DNA from: a candidate division WOR-3 bacterium
Lineage (GTDB): Bacteria; Hydrothermota; Tepidihabitantia; B3-TA06
Assembly: GCA_965649265.1 (NCBI GenBank)
Contig: CBFGKC010000004.1
Span: 1-24,320 of the forward strand
Direction: 5' to 3'
DNA length: 24,320 bases
Of this stretch, positions 23,813-24,320 are shown piece after piece. The notes beneath the pieces were generated by a model. That model was given only the letters and a program-made list of their open reading frames with translations. It was not told the DNA's origin and did no database searches. The translations under genes and the position numbers were made by a program. The number at the start of each line of letters is the position of its first letter. Positions within the stretch are counted from its first letter, which is position 1.

Positions 23813-24320
23813 ATGCAGGGCGTTATCTTTCTCTTAATCCTGGGGCAGCTTTTTGAACCTTTAGGGTCTTTCGGGGTCGAAGAAAGCTACGGAGCCGCTT
23901 GCGTTGATCTCGACAAGGACAATGTCTTTGACGTCATAACCGCTTCAAACATGGGTATAGGATATTACCACAATTCCGGGGCGGCCTCGTTTGATCCTCG
24001 CAGGGAGCTTTGTCCCACGGCCCCGGTTCCGGCAAGGGCCGTTGTGGCAGGCGACCTCAATAACGATTCGAGGATCGACCTTTTCGTTGTAACAACCGGC
24101 CAGGATTTTCTGCTCATCAATACCGGCGATAACTTGTCTTTTAATGAGGTTTATGCTCCGTTTGGGATCGAGTCTGACCGTGCCGCGGCGCTTGCGGATT
24201 ATGACCTTGATGGGGATCTTGATCTTCTTGTGGCCGGCGCGGCGTCCAGGTTCTACGTAAACGACGGAGTTGCCAATTTTACGTTGCTGGACGGCGGCTT
24301 GCCTGCCGGATATGCTGTCT
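23813..24320 (+). CDS. Secreted FG-GAP/VCBS repeat protein (partial, runs off right edge)
   Basis: MQGVIFLLILGQ...; DLDKDNVFDV, GDLNNDSRIDLFV, ADYDLDGDLDLLV repeats; open to window end. Confidence 0.85.
   Translation, partial: MQGVIFLLILGQLFEPLGSFGVEESYGAACVDLDKDNVFDVITASNMGIGYYHNSGAASFDPRRELCPTAPVPARAVVAGDLNNDSRIDLFVVTTGQDFLLINTGDNLSFNEVYAPFGIESDRAAALADYDLDGDLDLLVAGAASRFYVNDGVANFTLLDGGLPAGYAV

Overview
Bacterial chromosomal window. Its T9SS-like C-terminal sorting tail and beta-propeller secreted proteins suggest an FCB-group candidate lineage such as WOR-3/TA06 (inference only). The left ~6 kb is an AT-richer accessory zone: an orphan RHS toxin cassette, putative membrane immunity genes (one frameshifted), a second decapitated RHS core, a T9SS-type cargo protein and small secreted proteins. 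The rest is largely housekeeping: GNAT, yajC-fmt, tRNA-Ala(TGC), dtxR/mntR-feoA-feoB, a lipoprotein, a GlcD-like FAD oxidase, dapF, a WbpA-like UDP-sugar dehydrogenase, a DxxGxDxY-repeat protein, a TPR-lytic transglycosylase, an ECF sigma/ZAS anti-sigma/Spy-like/lipoprotein operon and a partial FG-GAP protein. The most unusual signals are non-coding. (1) Eight copies of a palindromic element keep a fixed geometry (about 14-bp stem, mostly GNA loop, (G/A)ACCC tail) with freely varying stem sequence, and two inward-facing pairs bracket ~105-110 bp of AT-rich DNA. (2) 13 of 15 sigma70-type promoters have a 16-bp spacer. (3) Two orphan promoter-to-terminator units look like sRNAs, one behind an ECF-type promoter. 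(4) There are probable non-canonical starts (fmt CTG, DtxR ATT) and leaderless genes. All calls are by eye; no database searches were run.
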